DNA of 64,000 bases. Source: Vicugna vicugna (lineage: Eukaryota). Position numbers and translations under genes: made by a program. Of this stretch, positions 25,662-36,339 are shown piece after piece. The stretch lies in the NCBI GenBank assembly GCA_013265495.1, contig MU058198.1, positions 5,781,779-5,845,778 of the forward strand. The letters run 5' to 3'. The stretch's first letter is position 1. Each line of letters starts with the position of its first letter. A model generated the notes under the pieces. It was not told the DNA's origin. It ran no database searches and worked only from the letters and a program-made list of their open reading frames with translations.

Positions 25662-27909
25662 CTTTGTCCTGCAGGACTTGGCTCTGTGCCCTGTCCCTGG
25701 CAGGGGTTAGGACGGTGGCTGAATGGCGTGTGCAGGCCGGTGGTGCCACCAGAGAGATGACTCTGGCCACATTCGTCCAGTTCATGACATCCTTCCTCTG
25801 GGTCCCCACCACCTTGCCTCTGAGTATGAAACAGGCCTCCTATGATCTCCTGGCATCCACTCTAGCCCTCGACACCTGTCCTCCACATGCAGCTAGGGTG
25901 GAGCCAGGTCCTGGCACTATCACCTACAGCCCAGAAGCTACCAGTGGTTCCCCTCACCCTTAGTCACACTCCTGTGCACCCCCTCAGTCTACACTCCCAT
26001 CACACTGGCCTTCCTTCTGTCACTCACACTCCATCCCAGCACTTACATTCATAATTTCCTTCCACAAGGAAATAGTGACTATACTTCCTAGATTTTCAGA
26101 GAAAATCCGAGCATCAGAAATTCAGCCTTATGGCCTACACAATAATTGCTGTCACCCCATTTACCAACATTAGGGATCTTCTGAGTGCCAGTACCTCACC
26201 TCCCACCCCCCACTGCGGGGATCTGAGATCAGATGACTCAAAGGGACACACGAGGAAGGAAGGGGCAGCAGGCAGTACACACTGAACACATACCAGGAAG
26301 CGCTCTGTGCCAGGCACTGCACATAAGTTCCCTGTTTAATCCTCACAACTTTTCCTTGGGGTAGATAAGATTTCCTTTATAAAACAGGAAGCTGGGACTC
26401 AGAAAGTGGGGGAAAAAAAGACCTTTCCCAAGTCCCTGATTGAATCTGTGTCTTCAAAAAATGGCTTCACTCTTCCTGCCAGTGGTGCATGTACTGACCC
26501 TCCAGAGGAATCCGTCCGCAGTCCTCCCACAGCCCCTCACAGCCCCTCCCCTCGCGGCAGGGTTCCAACACAAGATGCGTTCCAAACCAAAGGAGGCCCG
26601 CGCCAGGAGAGTGTGCAGCACACACAAGTCCCGGCTCAGCAAGCCTGTACGGGCCTGAAAGGACTGCTGGGGACAGCCCCGCCCCGCGTTGCCGTGCTGC
26701 ATGAAGCCATCAAGGGCTGGCTGCGATTCGGACACAGCGAGCTCTTCAAGAGCCAGAGACCTGAAAGCAACAACACTCACATCCTTGTGGTTGCAGAGCT
26801 TCCAGAACCCAAAGACCCCTGCCCAAGTACGACTGCTTGCTGTGAAACAGCTGAAGACTTCATCAAGCCACATTTGAGATGTTCCTTTTCATGCTAACTT
26901 TATGCCTCTTTTCAGTTATGATCACAAGCCTAATGCCCCTTGATTAACTGGAAAGGCAAGTGGGCTGTCGTTAGCAAGCTTATTAACTGTTCATCATGGC
27001 GAAAGGGGAGAAGTGTACGATGAAATCATTACAAGCAGGAGGAAAACTTATTTGGAACCAGCCTCTAATCATCGCTAAGTCCTCCTTGGAAAGAGGAGGT
27101 GCGTACAGAAGTGACTGCAGATACAAGATGGAATACTAAACCAAAAAGTCAACAGCATCACTGACTCGCCACTAACGCACACCACCCAGCGATGTGCCTG
27201 AGCCCTGAGACAGGCCCCAAGACAATGCAGCAGATACAGCCGTGCAAATCTGAGTGAGAAAAACACAGCTAAGATGAGGGCTGATGCAAGGTTTGACAAA
27301 AACGGAAAATATCTGTCATCCCCAGTGCTCCTCTGACACTCTGACACTGTGTCTCTCATCTATTTTTGGTACATGCATTTCAGTTTACTATTTCTTTTTT
27401 TGCCTTAACATCGTATTATTTATTCTGCTCACTGAAATAATGTCGTCTTAATTTTTTAACCTAAACTTTAGATACTTTATTTAATTTATCCTGAGAACAA
27501 CAGATAATTTTAAAAGTCACTAAAATTTAAAGCATAACAATATAGCATAATTAATTATAAAATGTTACTGCTGGAGAGTATAGAACAGGACCTCACATCA
27601 TTCTGGTAACCATTTAAGAATGAACAAATTTAGGGACGATACACCAATGAATGGTAAAACTAGTGGGTCAAAGCGATTTTTACCTTATCTCAAAGTCCCT
27701 CCCTGCAAAATACTTATTAATGACAGGAAAAAGAGTAACTTTACAGTGGAGAAACCTGCAGATACCATCCGAATCCACACTGTATACCACCAGACAGGAT
27801 GCGAAAACACAACACCATTTCCGTATTATTTCCACAAAAATAAAATGTATAAACTGAATTGAATCAGCAGGAAGCACCAGACAAACTTAAACTGAGGAAC
27901 ATTCTACAA

Positions 27910-28195
27910 CTATGCTACCCAGTACGGCAGCCCCTGGCGCACAGGGGGACTGAGCGCTGGCAGTGAGGCTAGTCCAAATTAAGGTCTGCTGTCCATGTAA
28001 AACAGACACTGGACTGCAAAGACGTAGCGTTAAAAAACGTAAAATACCTCATTAATAATTTATTTTATATTGATCACACGTTCAAATGATAGCATTTCAG
28101 ATGTTAATTTCACCTGTTTCTTTCTGCTTTTTTTTAATGTGGCTATCAGGAAACTTTAATGACATATGGCATCGTATTTCTCTCAGACAGTGCTG
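27910..28195. mobile_element. hAT-Charlie MITE (MER33/MER3-like) nested in an L1MC 3' fragment (~27650-28620)
   Basis: Exact 8-bp TSD ttctacaa at 27902-27909 and 28196-28203; right end ...cagacagtgctg. Confidence 0.75.
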
Positions 28196-29529
28196 TTCTA
28201 CAAAGTAATTAGCCTGTAATCTTCAAAAATACCAAGGTCATAAAACTCCAGGAGAGACTGAGGAATTATTCCCGATTGAAGGAGCCTAAAGAGACGTATA
28301 TGACAACTAAATGTGACACATGACCCTAGGGTGGATCCTTTGCTAAAAAAGACAACACTGAGACAACTGAAGAAACTCCAGTGGGGTCTGTGGACTAGAT
28401 GACAGTGATGAACCGATGTTAACACCGATGTTAATGGTTAGCCTGTGGTTATTTAGGAGAATGTCTTTGCCAGAAGGAAACACACCCTAAAAAATGTAGG
28501 GGTGATGGAACTTCAAACTGCTAACCTGTTCTCAAATGATTCAGGAGGGAAAGGTTCTCTGTACTATTCTTACAACTCTCCTGTGAGTTTGGAACTCTTT
28601 CAAAATAAAAAATAAATTTAAAAAGCAACCCTAGCAGCTTCAGGCAAGGAAGGCCCTCAGTGAATCTGGCACCTACTTGGAAGGCGGCATTCAGCAGTGG
28701 GGGGCCTGGAGCCAGCGTGAGAAGCAGCTACACAGCGCACAGGCGTTTAGGGGCCTCTGCCTCCTGCTTTGCCAGATGAGGAGGCTGGACCTAGTGATCC
28801 TCTAAAATCCAACTTGGTCAACCAAAAAAAAAAAAGAAAATCAGAAATATCAGCCCCAAAACATTTTAGTAAGGCAAATAACTTTGAGACAATTGTTGCC
28901 ATGAAACTGTGGGCTGTGGCCACCTTCTGCTTCTGCCCAGTAAAGCCGCGTGATCGATGACACACATTCCAACCAAGAGTCAGTCTCGGGTTCAGGGCCC
29001 CCTCAAGCTCTGCACTGGGCAGTACCACTTTCCGACAACATCATCAGGACCAAGCACTTCCTCCCAAGAGGCCTTGGACCTCTTGCGAAGGCTTCAGAAT
29101 TCAGGCTACCGTGCTTGCTTTGTTTCTAGGAAACTGAACTAATAGTTTAGGAAACATACTACAACTACTTGCCAACTCTCTTGTGAGTCAGACCCCAAGG
29201 AAGGTGCCTCTCCAGGTAAGCCCTGGATACAGGATAGAAAGGATGCTTCTCCTGGATGCTGCATCTATTCTCTTAGGGTCCTACACAGATGATGCAGGGC
29301 CTTATGAGACCAAGAGAATTTCCTACATTTTGGAGACCTGTTTCCATTTATTGGACACTTACAGGCCACAAAGCACCTATCACAGATCACATACATAATT
29401 TTTACAAACAGCCCTGAGTGGCAGGTATCTCCAGTCCCACTTCACAGCCATGAAAACTAAAGCTCTGGGGTTTAGTGATTGACTAAAGTTACACAGCTAC
29501 CAAGTAGCAAAGTAGATGCAGATTTTCTT

Positions 29530-31510
29530 CAAACAGCTTTGTTGAGATATAATTGACAATTGTAAAGTGTACAATTTAGTAAGTTATGACATACATACAC
29601 ACTCTTGAAATCATCACCATAGTCAAGATAATAAAAATAACCATCACTCCCTAAAAGTCTCCTCTCGGCTCTTTGTAATCCCTGTCTCCCACCCCTCACA
29701 ACTCTCCCCTAGGCGATCCCCAGGCAACCACTGGCCCACTTTCTGTCACTACAGTATGCACTGAGGATCTCTTTAGTTTTCCGTAAGAAACTTCTGCTGC
29801 ATCGTGCCAGGGTAGATACTGGATTTTGTTTATTGCTTCTTCTGCACCTACTGAGATGATCATATGGTTTTTCTTTCTCAGTCTGTTAAAATGGTGAATT
29901 ACATTGATTGATTTTCAAATGCTAAATAAATCCTGCACTCTTGGGATAAACCCCACTTGGTCATACTATATCTTCTTTTTTATTCTTTCTTTTGTTCGAT
30001 TCTTTTAATATCTCTTTAATTGCTGGATTAGATTGGCTAACATTGTGTTTAGAATTTTCGCATTTATGTTCATGGGGATCTTGGTCTTCAGTTTTCTTTC
30101 CTTGCAATGTCTTCATCTGGCTTTGGTAGCAGGATAACGCAAGCTTCACAGAATGAGTTGGGAAGTGTTTCCTTCTCTTCAATTTTCTGGAAGGGTTTGG
30201 GTGGAACTGGTATTACTTCTCCCTTGAATGCTTGGTAGAATTCACCAGGGAAGCCATGGGGCCTGGAACAGGCACAACACCCAGCCCTGTGGGAATATCC
30301 CACATTGTTTCCCTGATTCTTCCAGCTGGTTCTTGCCCTCGCCTCCGGGAGTTCCCTTGCTGATCAGCTGTCGGCTGGATCCTTGATGGGTTGGAGGGGT
30401 CCTCTACAGATCTTTGCTTTTCTCTCTGTGCATCTCTTTCCCCCCCTACTCTGTCCTGCAAACCCTCGCTGCTTTTGTCTCTTTGAACGCTCATCTCCAT
30501 CTCCCCAACTCAGAGAGTCTGTCTAGCTCTGCCTGGGTTTCTCCCGTGCCGTGGCTGGAAAACTCTCTCATGGCAGTGAGCTGAGGCAATTGTAGTGCTC
30601 ACCCCATTCCTTCCTGTGGTGTAAGAGACTTTATCTTTGTCCCTGGTTCCTGGCACAGACCTCCTAAAACTCTTGGAATTTCCTGAATGATAAAGTGGCA
30701 GGAGCGTCTTTTGTTCTAGTGACTAATAACTTCAGGATGGGGGCTGGTTGCCAGAAGGACCAAGCCTTGATTAGCTGCTTGGAACTTACAGCTTTATCCC
30801 ACAAGTACGCGGAGAGGAGACTGAGCTGATCACCAATGCTTCAGTCAATCATGCCTGTGTAATAAAACCTCCATTTAAAAAATCCCCAAGTGATGAGATC
30901 TGGAGAGCTTCCAGGATGGTGAACACATCAAAGTGCTAGGAGGGCAGAGCACCCAGAGAGGGCGTGGAAGCTCCAAACCACCCTTGCCCCCAGGCCCTGC
31001 CCTGTGCGTCTTATCCATATGGCTCTTCTCGAGTTGTATCCTTTGTAATAAACCAGAAATGCAAGTAAAGCGTTTTCCTGGGTTCCATGAGCTATTCTAC
31101 CAAATTATTGAACCTGAGGAGGGGGTCATGAGAACCCCTGATTTATGGCCGGTCAGTCAGAAGACAGGGTGGCCGGGGACTTGCGACCAGCATCTTGAAG
31201 TAGGGGCAGTCTTTTGGGACTGAGCCCCTTTAACTGGTGGGATCTGACGCTAACTCCAGGTAGACAGTGCAGAACTGAACTGAGTTATTGGACACCCAGC
31301 TGTGTCCAGAGAACTGGAAAGGTAGCGCTGAAAAAGAAAACATGTATTTGGTGTCAAGAGGGAAAAAAAAAACCCTCAGTGCCCACCTCTCAAGAGATCA
31401 CTGTCCTCCACTGACTAATGTCCAATGTTGCGTTTATTTTGTCCACTTTTTGACTGTTTTAGACAGGAAGGTAAATTAGTCCCTGTTACTCTATCATGAT
31501 CAAATGTGAA
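29530..31510 (-). mobile_element. Internally deleted L1MC/L1MD-like element (3' end, RT fragment, 5' UTR), interrupted by an LTR
   Basis: ORF 30088-30303 gives PGEFYQAFKGEVIP..FQKIEEKETLPNSFCEA..LLPKP (L1 RT); L1M 3' end at 29530-29760; 5'-UTR-like gtccctgttactctatc near 31480. Confidence 0.7.
30615..31360 (+). mobile_element. Solo LTR, MER21-like (ERVL)
   Basis: ttcctggcacagacctcctaaaactcttggaatttcctga...ttcaggatgggggctggttgccaga...catgtatttggtgtca resembles the MER21 consensus; internal AATAAA motifs. Confidence 0.7.
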
Positions 31511-31519
31511 ATCCTCAGA

Positions 31520-31642
31520 GGGGAGGGTATAGCTCAAGCGGTAGAGCACAAGCTTAGCATGCATGAGGTCCCGGGTTCAATCCCCAGTACCTCCCCTAAG
31601 CCTAAATAAATATACACAATTACCCTCCCCCCCAGGAAAAAA
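31520..31642 (+). mobile_element. tRNA-Ala-derived SINE (camelid vic-1-like)
   Basis: GGGGAGGGTATAGCTCAAGCGGTAGAGC...CTTAGCATG...GGTTCAATCCCCAGTACCTCC head with A and B boxes, AT-rich tail and C-run; degenerate TSD aatgtgaaatcctca / aagtggaaatctca. Confidence 0.88.
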
Positions 31643-34374
31643 GTGGAAATCTCAAATCCAAGTCTTCTTAACCACTACTCCCTAGGCCTCCTGTACCAAC
31701 CCCCATCAAGGGGGCTTACACTGGAATCATCTGACTCCGTGTCTGTATGACTCACAAGACCCAAGGCGAAGCAAAAGTTCATCTCTGTATCACAAGTCCT
31801 TGCATAGAGGAATCTTAGGAAGTGGTGCCAGGTGGCCACACACATATGCAAGCCCTGGACCAAAACCTAAGGTGCTCTAGGAACACAGGTTCCCAGGGCC
31901 ACGAAGAAAGGCTAAGGCTTTACACCAGAACATCAGAAAAAAAAATCTAAATTCTTTACTGGCCAGGAGATGTGGGGAATTTGCTTTCCCCTAATGACAG
32001 TAAGAAGAGAGCCCAAACAAGAACCCAGAATAGGAAGTGCTCTGATAAACAGGACAAACGTGGGAACCTGCAATCAGAAAAACTTCCAGTTTCAATCACT
32101 CCTTTGTTTCTTAATTATTTTTCCAGTTGGTAAAAGGGGAATTTCCTGGGAATCTCTTCAAAAGATAGGTAATTAATAATATTGGTCTTAGAAGTTTTGA
32201 CTTAATTTCAGATCATTTCACTCCATCGTTCCTTGTTTCAAAATCTCTCAAATAACATTAATGCTTGGAAACAAGCTTTTCTCTCTTCTTTTTAATGAAG
32301 GATGAGAGAAAAACTACAGTCCAATCCTGACGACCACAGCCATCACCATATCTTGATGCACAGAAACGGTACATAAAGTGTGAAGAATAAGTCAATTCCT
32401 AGACACCTTCTACAGGACTTTCCTAAATTAGGTCATGACAACTTTAAAGGTCAAATAAAGGCAAAAACACTTTCACTTTTAGTACTCAGGCATCACGGAG
32501 CTTCTTACAGTGAGCTCTGAAACTTCCCCATCAACAGTAAAGCTCACCTTCAGGACTCAGATGAGAAACTAAAATGGAGACGGAACTGTGATATAGATCA
32601 GATTAAGAAAAGCATGACTGCCCATCACTGGAGGACACTGAGGGCCAAGTTCAAAGTCTTGCTGTGCTTTTCGAAGAGCAAGAAAATGTAGCTTGACAGG
32701 AATAATATTCCCTTTTCATAAAGGAGGGTCTCACCAAAGACCCCTATCCACCCCGGTACAGGCAATCAGAGCAGATATATTTTCACCAGCAATAATCATG
32801 TCACTCTCCTGCCTCAAATCCTTCTAGAAGTCTGTAATGTCCACAGAATTAAGTTTTAAAAAAAAATGACTATGGTGTACAATTATGGCTTCTTCATCAT
32901 CTGTAAACCTACACACCAAAGGAATTTATTCTCTTCCCACACATCTTATTTCCTTGTCCAAAGTTTCCCAAGCTACGTTATTTGTAGGTCAATTAAGTTT
33001 AGACACATGGCATCAAATGAAGTTAAAAAGGATTCCTTACTGTAGGACTTTTAATTTGTTGACGTGCCCCATCCAGCTCCAGAATTTCACTGCACCAGCC
33101 ACCTCAAACCTGCCTCTTCTCTATATGCTACCCTCCTTCCTTGTCCTCTGCATGTCATGGAAGGATGCTGTTTCCATACTCGCTGTCTCCCCCCTTCCCC
33201 TTCCCCCCTCAGCTCCCTAGGAGCAGGTCTCTGCCTCTGTCACGCCATGAACTGCAGCTCTCAACGTGGTACCCTGTCTCCTGTCCGTTCACTGGCACCC
33301 CCGTACCTTTCGCCACCCCTCTTGCCTTGGTTCCCCTGTATGTTCCTTCCACTCTTCTTTTGAAAATTAAAAATACAGAAAGACTAAAACATAGAATAAA
33401 GAATGAACGCTTAACATTCCTGTTAATCGAAGGACAACCATTAGACTATGCTAATAACGCCATGTTTGCTTCAAGTCTTATTTTTCTTTAAAGAACAAAA
33501 TAGGGTAACAAGTAAGTGTCCTTTGATTTCTAGTAAGAAAACAGCCCCACTCCACCTCTCCCCAAAGGCAAGCAGCTAACAGTGTATCGCACATCCTTCT
33601 AGAATCCATTTTCATATCTTTACATGCAGATGTATTTATTCATGAACAATAAAGGGCACTAAGTTTTACAAAAAACTTAACAAAATGGCATCGTACGATA
33701 GGTATAATTTATCAACTCTCTTTTTCACTCAGTAAGATCTACCCATACTGACACTCAACAAGATCTACCAATATTGATTTTACTGATCTATCAAAGTTGA
33801 TCCTAATTGTTTCTACTGCCACCTCCAGTTACTGAAACCAGGTCCTGTCTCTAAGTGCTTCACGCTTATCACCCTATTTACCCCTCCCAACAAGCCACTG
33901 AGAAGACATGCCCAGTGCCCTGGATGGCACAGGGCAGAGGTGGCACTTTACTGGTTTGGCCAAGTCCAAAGCTGTGCCCTTCACCCCTGTGCTTAAGCTG
34001 CCCTCTTACTTTCTACAGCTGACAGAGTCCCGTCCCTGTGCCAGGTGTTTTGTATGTATCACGTCTCTTAATCCTCTGAACCAGTCAACTACAAATAATT
34101 ATCTTCATTCTAGAGATGAAGAAACTCGAACTGGAGAAGGCACTAGAGCCTTGGTGTGAACCATGACTATCCAGCTTCAGAGTCAACTGTCAGATTTATT
34201 TTTAAAAAATTAAAAGTTGGAAATGAGATGAGAAAGATGGGCTGGTATAAGATCGTGAGAGACTTGAAGCCCAGATCAGGAGTATGGGTGGACTGGTTAC
34301 ATGGTATTACTCCAACGTCATAGTCCCTGGTCACAGGGTACCAGCGCACCCCGGGAACAGGAAGCAGCACTTAC

Positions 34375-34510
34375 GGTCATGGACCTTATAGCAGTGCTTC
34401 TGCAGGCGCTTAACGTCCCACTCCTCCAGCACTCCGTGAGTCATCAGCAACTGGAGAAAGCGCCGGTGGACGTCGGTCATGACGCCCATTCTTCTCGTGC
34501 TGCCCTGCAT
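34375..34510 (-). CDS. NSMCE1: NSMCE1 exon 2 coding part, MQGSTRRMGVMTDVHRRFLQLLMTHGVLEEWDVKRLQKHCYKVHD(R); the exon starts at 34521 with 11 nt of 5' UTR
   Basis: ATG at 34510-34508; acceptor cttctttttcAG at 34524-34522; donor ACC|GTAAGT at 34374; N-terminus matches the remembered mammalian NSMCE1. Confidence 0.97.
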
Positions 34511-36339
34511 GCCTGGGGGAGCTGAAAAAGAAGTCAAAGAAACCCAGTCACCTCCGGGCACACCAAAAGCAATGGTCCATGCTCCGTACCAACTGACATG
34601 AACAAACAGAAATTTGTTATGGTTTTTATAATCAAGTTCATCATGCTGATTTAGCACAAAAAATGAAAAGGACACAAGTCAGGGGCTAGGTGATTTAGTC
34701 CTGGGCAGTAGTGAGAAGGGTGGACTCTGGAGGCAGCCGGGATGCCTGGAATCACAGCCGGCTCCACCACTCAGGTGTGTGAAATTGGGAAACTTAACCT
34801 CCAAGCGCTTCAGTCTCTGGTCAGAGATGACAGAAACATCCTCCCTAGGGTTACTACGAGGATTAAATGAGTTAATACACATAAAAGCCTATAATAACTC
34901 TAAATGGAGTATAACCCTTAAAAATTGTGAATCACTATGCTGTACACCTGAAACTTAAATAATATTGCAAATCAACAATTCCTCAATAAATAAATACACA
35001 CATACAAACACATATATAAGAGCCTAGTAACAGACTAATCACTGAAAAAGTGTTAGCTATTTTTACCAGGAGACAATTCTGGGTCTGAAACTTGACTCAG
35101 CCTCCTACCAGATCTATGGCCTAGGATAAATTTAGCTGAGGCCCCTTTTCTTACTACAAAATTAGAATAACGTTCACTGCTTAGAGAACTGCTGGTGGTA
35201 AACATTTAATAAACGCTAAGTTTCCTTCTCCTCTCCCAAACCACTAATAAAACAACTGTCATGATAGGACTGCGGGGTGTTTTTAAAATCTCCTGCTCTC
35301 TACTAAAATGCTATCTTTCCACAAGCCACAAAGGTCAGAGCTGACAAAAGGATTGTACCAGCCCTGATCAAAAAGCCTGCTCCTGCCACAGAGAGGTGGC
35401 ACAGTGCAGGGGTAAAGACCATGGCTTTAGAACTAGGCAGGTGGCTTTGAGACCAGTGCTTGCCAGACCCTCTTGATCTTAAGAATCAGCTAACCTGTGT
35501 ATAAAAAATGCAGATCCCCAGGCCTTTTCTGGACGTTCTGACTGTGGAGGGGCATGGAATTCTGAGGTCTTAACGTTCACTTCAGGTGATGTCATGATTT
35601 TACAAGAAATTCACTATTACCTTAGGTAAATATAACACAGAAACATTTTTAGCTAATCTGCTTCATCCCGAAGCCTCAGTCTTTTCATCTATAAAACAGG
35701 GATAATAATAACTGTCTTTAAAGCAAAAGAATGCAGTTTAAATGAGAAATGACTACCAAGGGTTTGCCAAGAACCTGGAATTAGGAGATACACAAAAAGG
35801 CTGGTTACTTTTCTTTCTAGACGGCATCACCATCTGAGCCTCAGAGCTGGGAAGCTGCACTGCCTCATGACCAGCTTCTCTGCCTGCTAAGATATCCTCA
35901 AGAACATCTCCCCGCATCTCAACCTCAAACTGGACTCATCTTCTCTTCCAACATCCTCAACTCTTTTCCTCCCAAGTCCTCTTCAAGAATCATGTGGTTT
36001 GGGTGATACAGACACCACCAGTCATAGAGACACCATAGACCTGAGCATCAAACTCTGGTCCTCCTCTACCTCAGCCTCAGATCCAGCCAGTCCGCAAGTC
36101 CCGCCAAGTGTTTTTCCTGTCACTAGGATCGGGGATCTTCATTCATCCATTCTATTTTAACGTACCAAGTACCTCTTTTTGGGTACTTGGTACCCTTTTT
36201 GGGTATTTGGTAACTTTGTTGGGTATTTGCCAGTGGTTGTTCTGGGCACAAGAACAGAATGTGCTGGGCCAAGGAATTTGGACTTTTATCCCAGAAACTT
36301 TGGAGACTCAGGCTCACCAAACTAAGGTTCTTTAAAGAG

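Noticed and set aside
29961..30303. Reverse-transcriptase-like peptide fragments (also 37588-37779, 51479-51757, 57895-58200)
   Set aside because: Frameshifted, decayed L1 ORF2 pieces or their antisense frames; not a functional or novel RT system.
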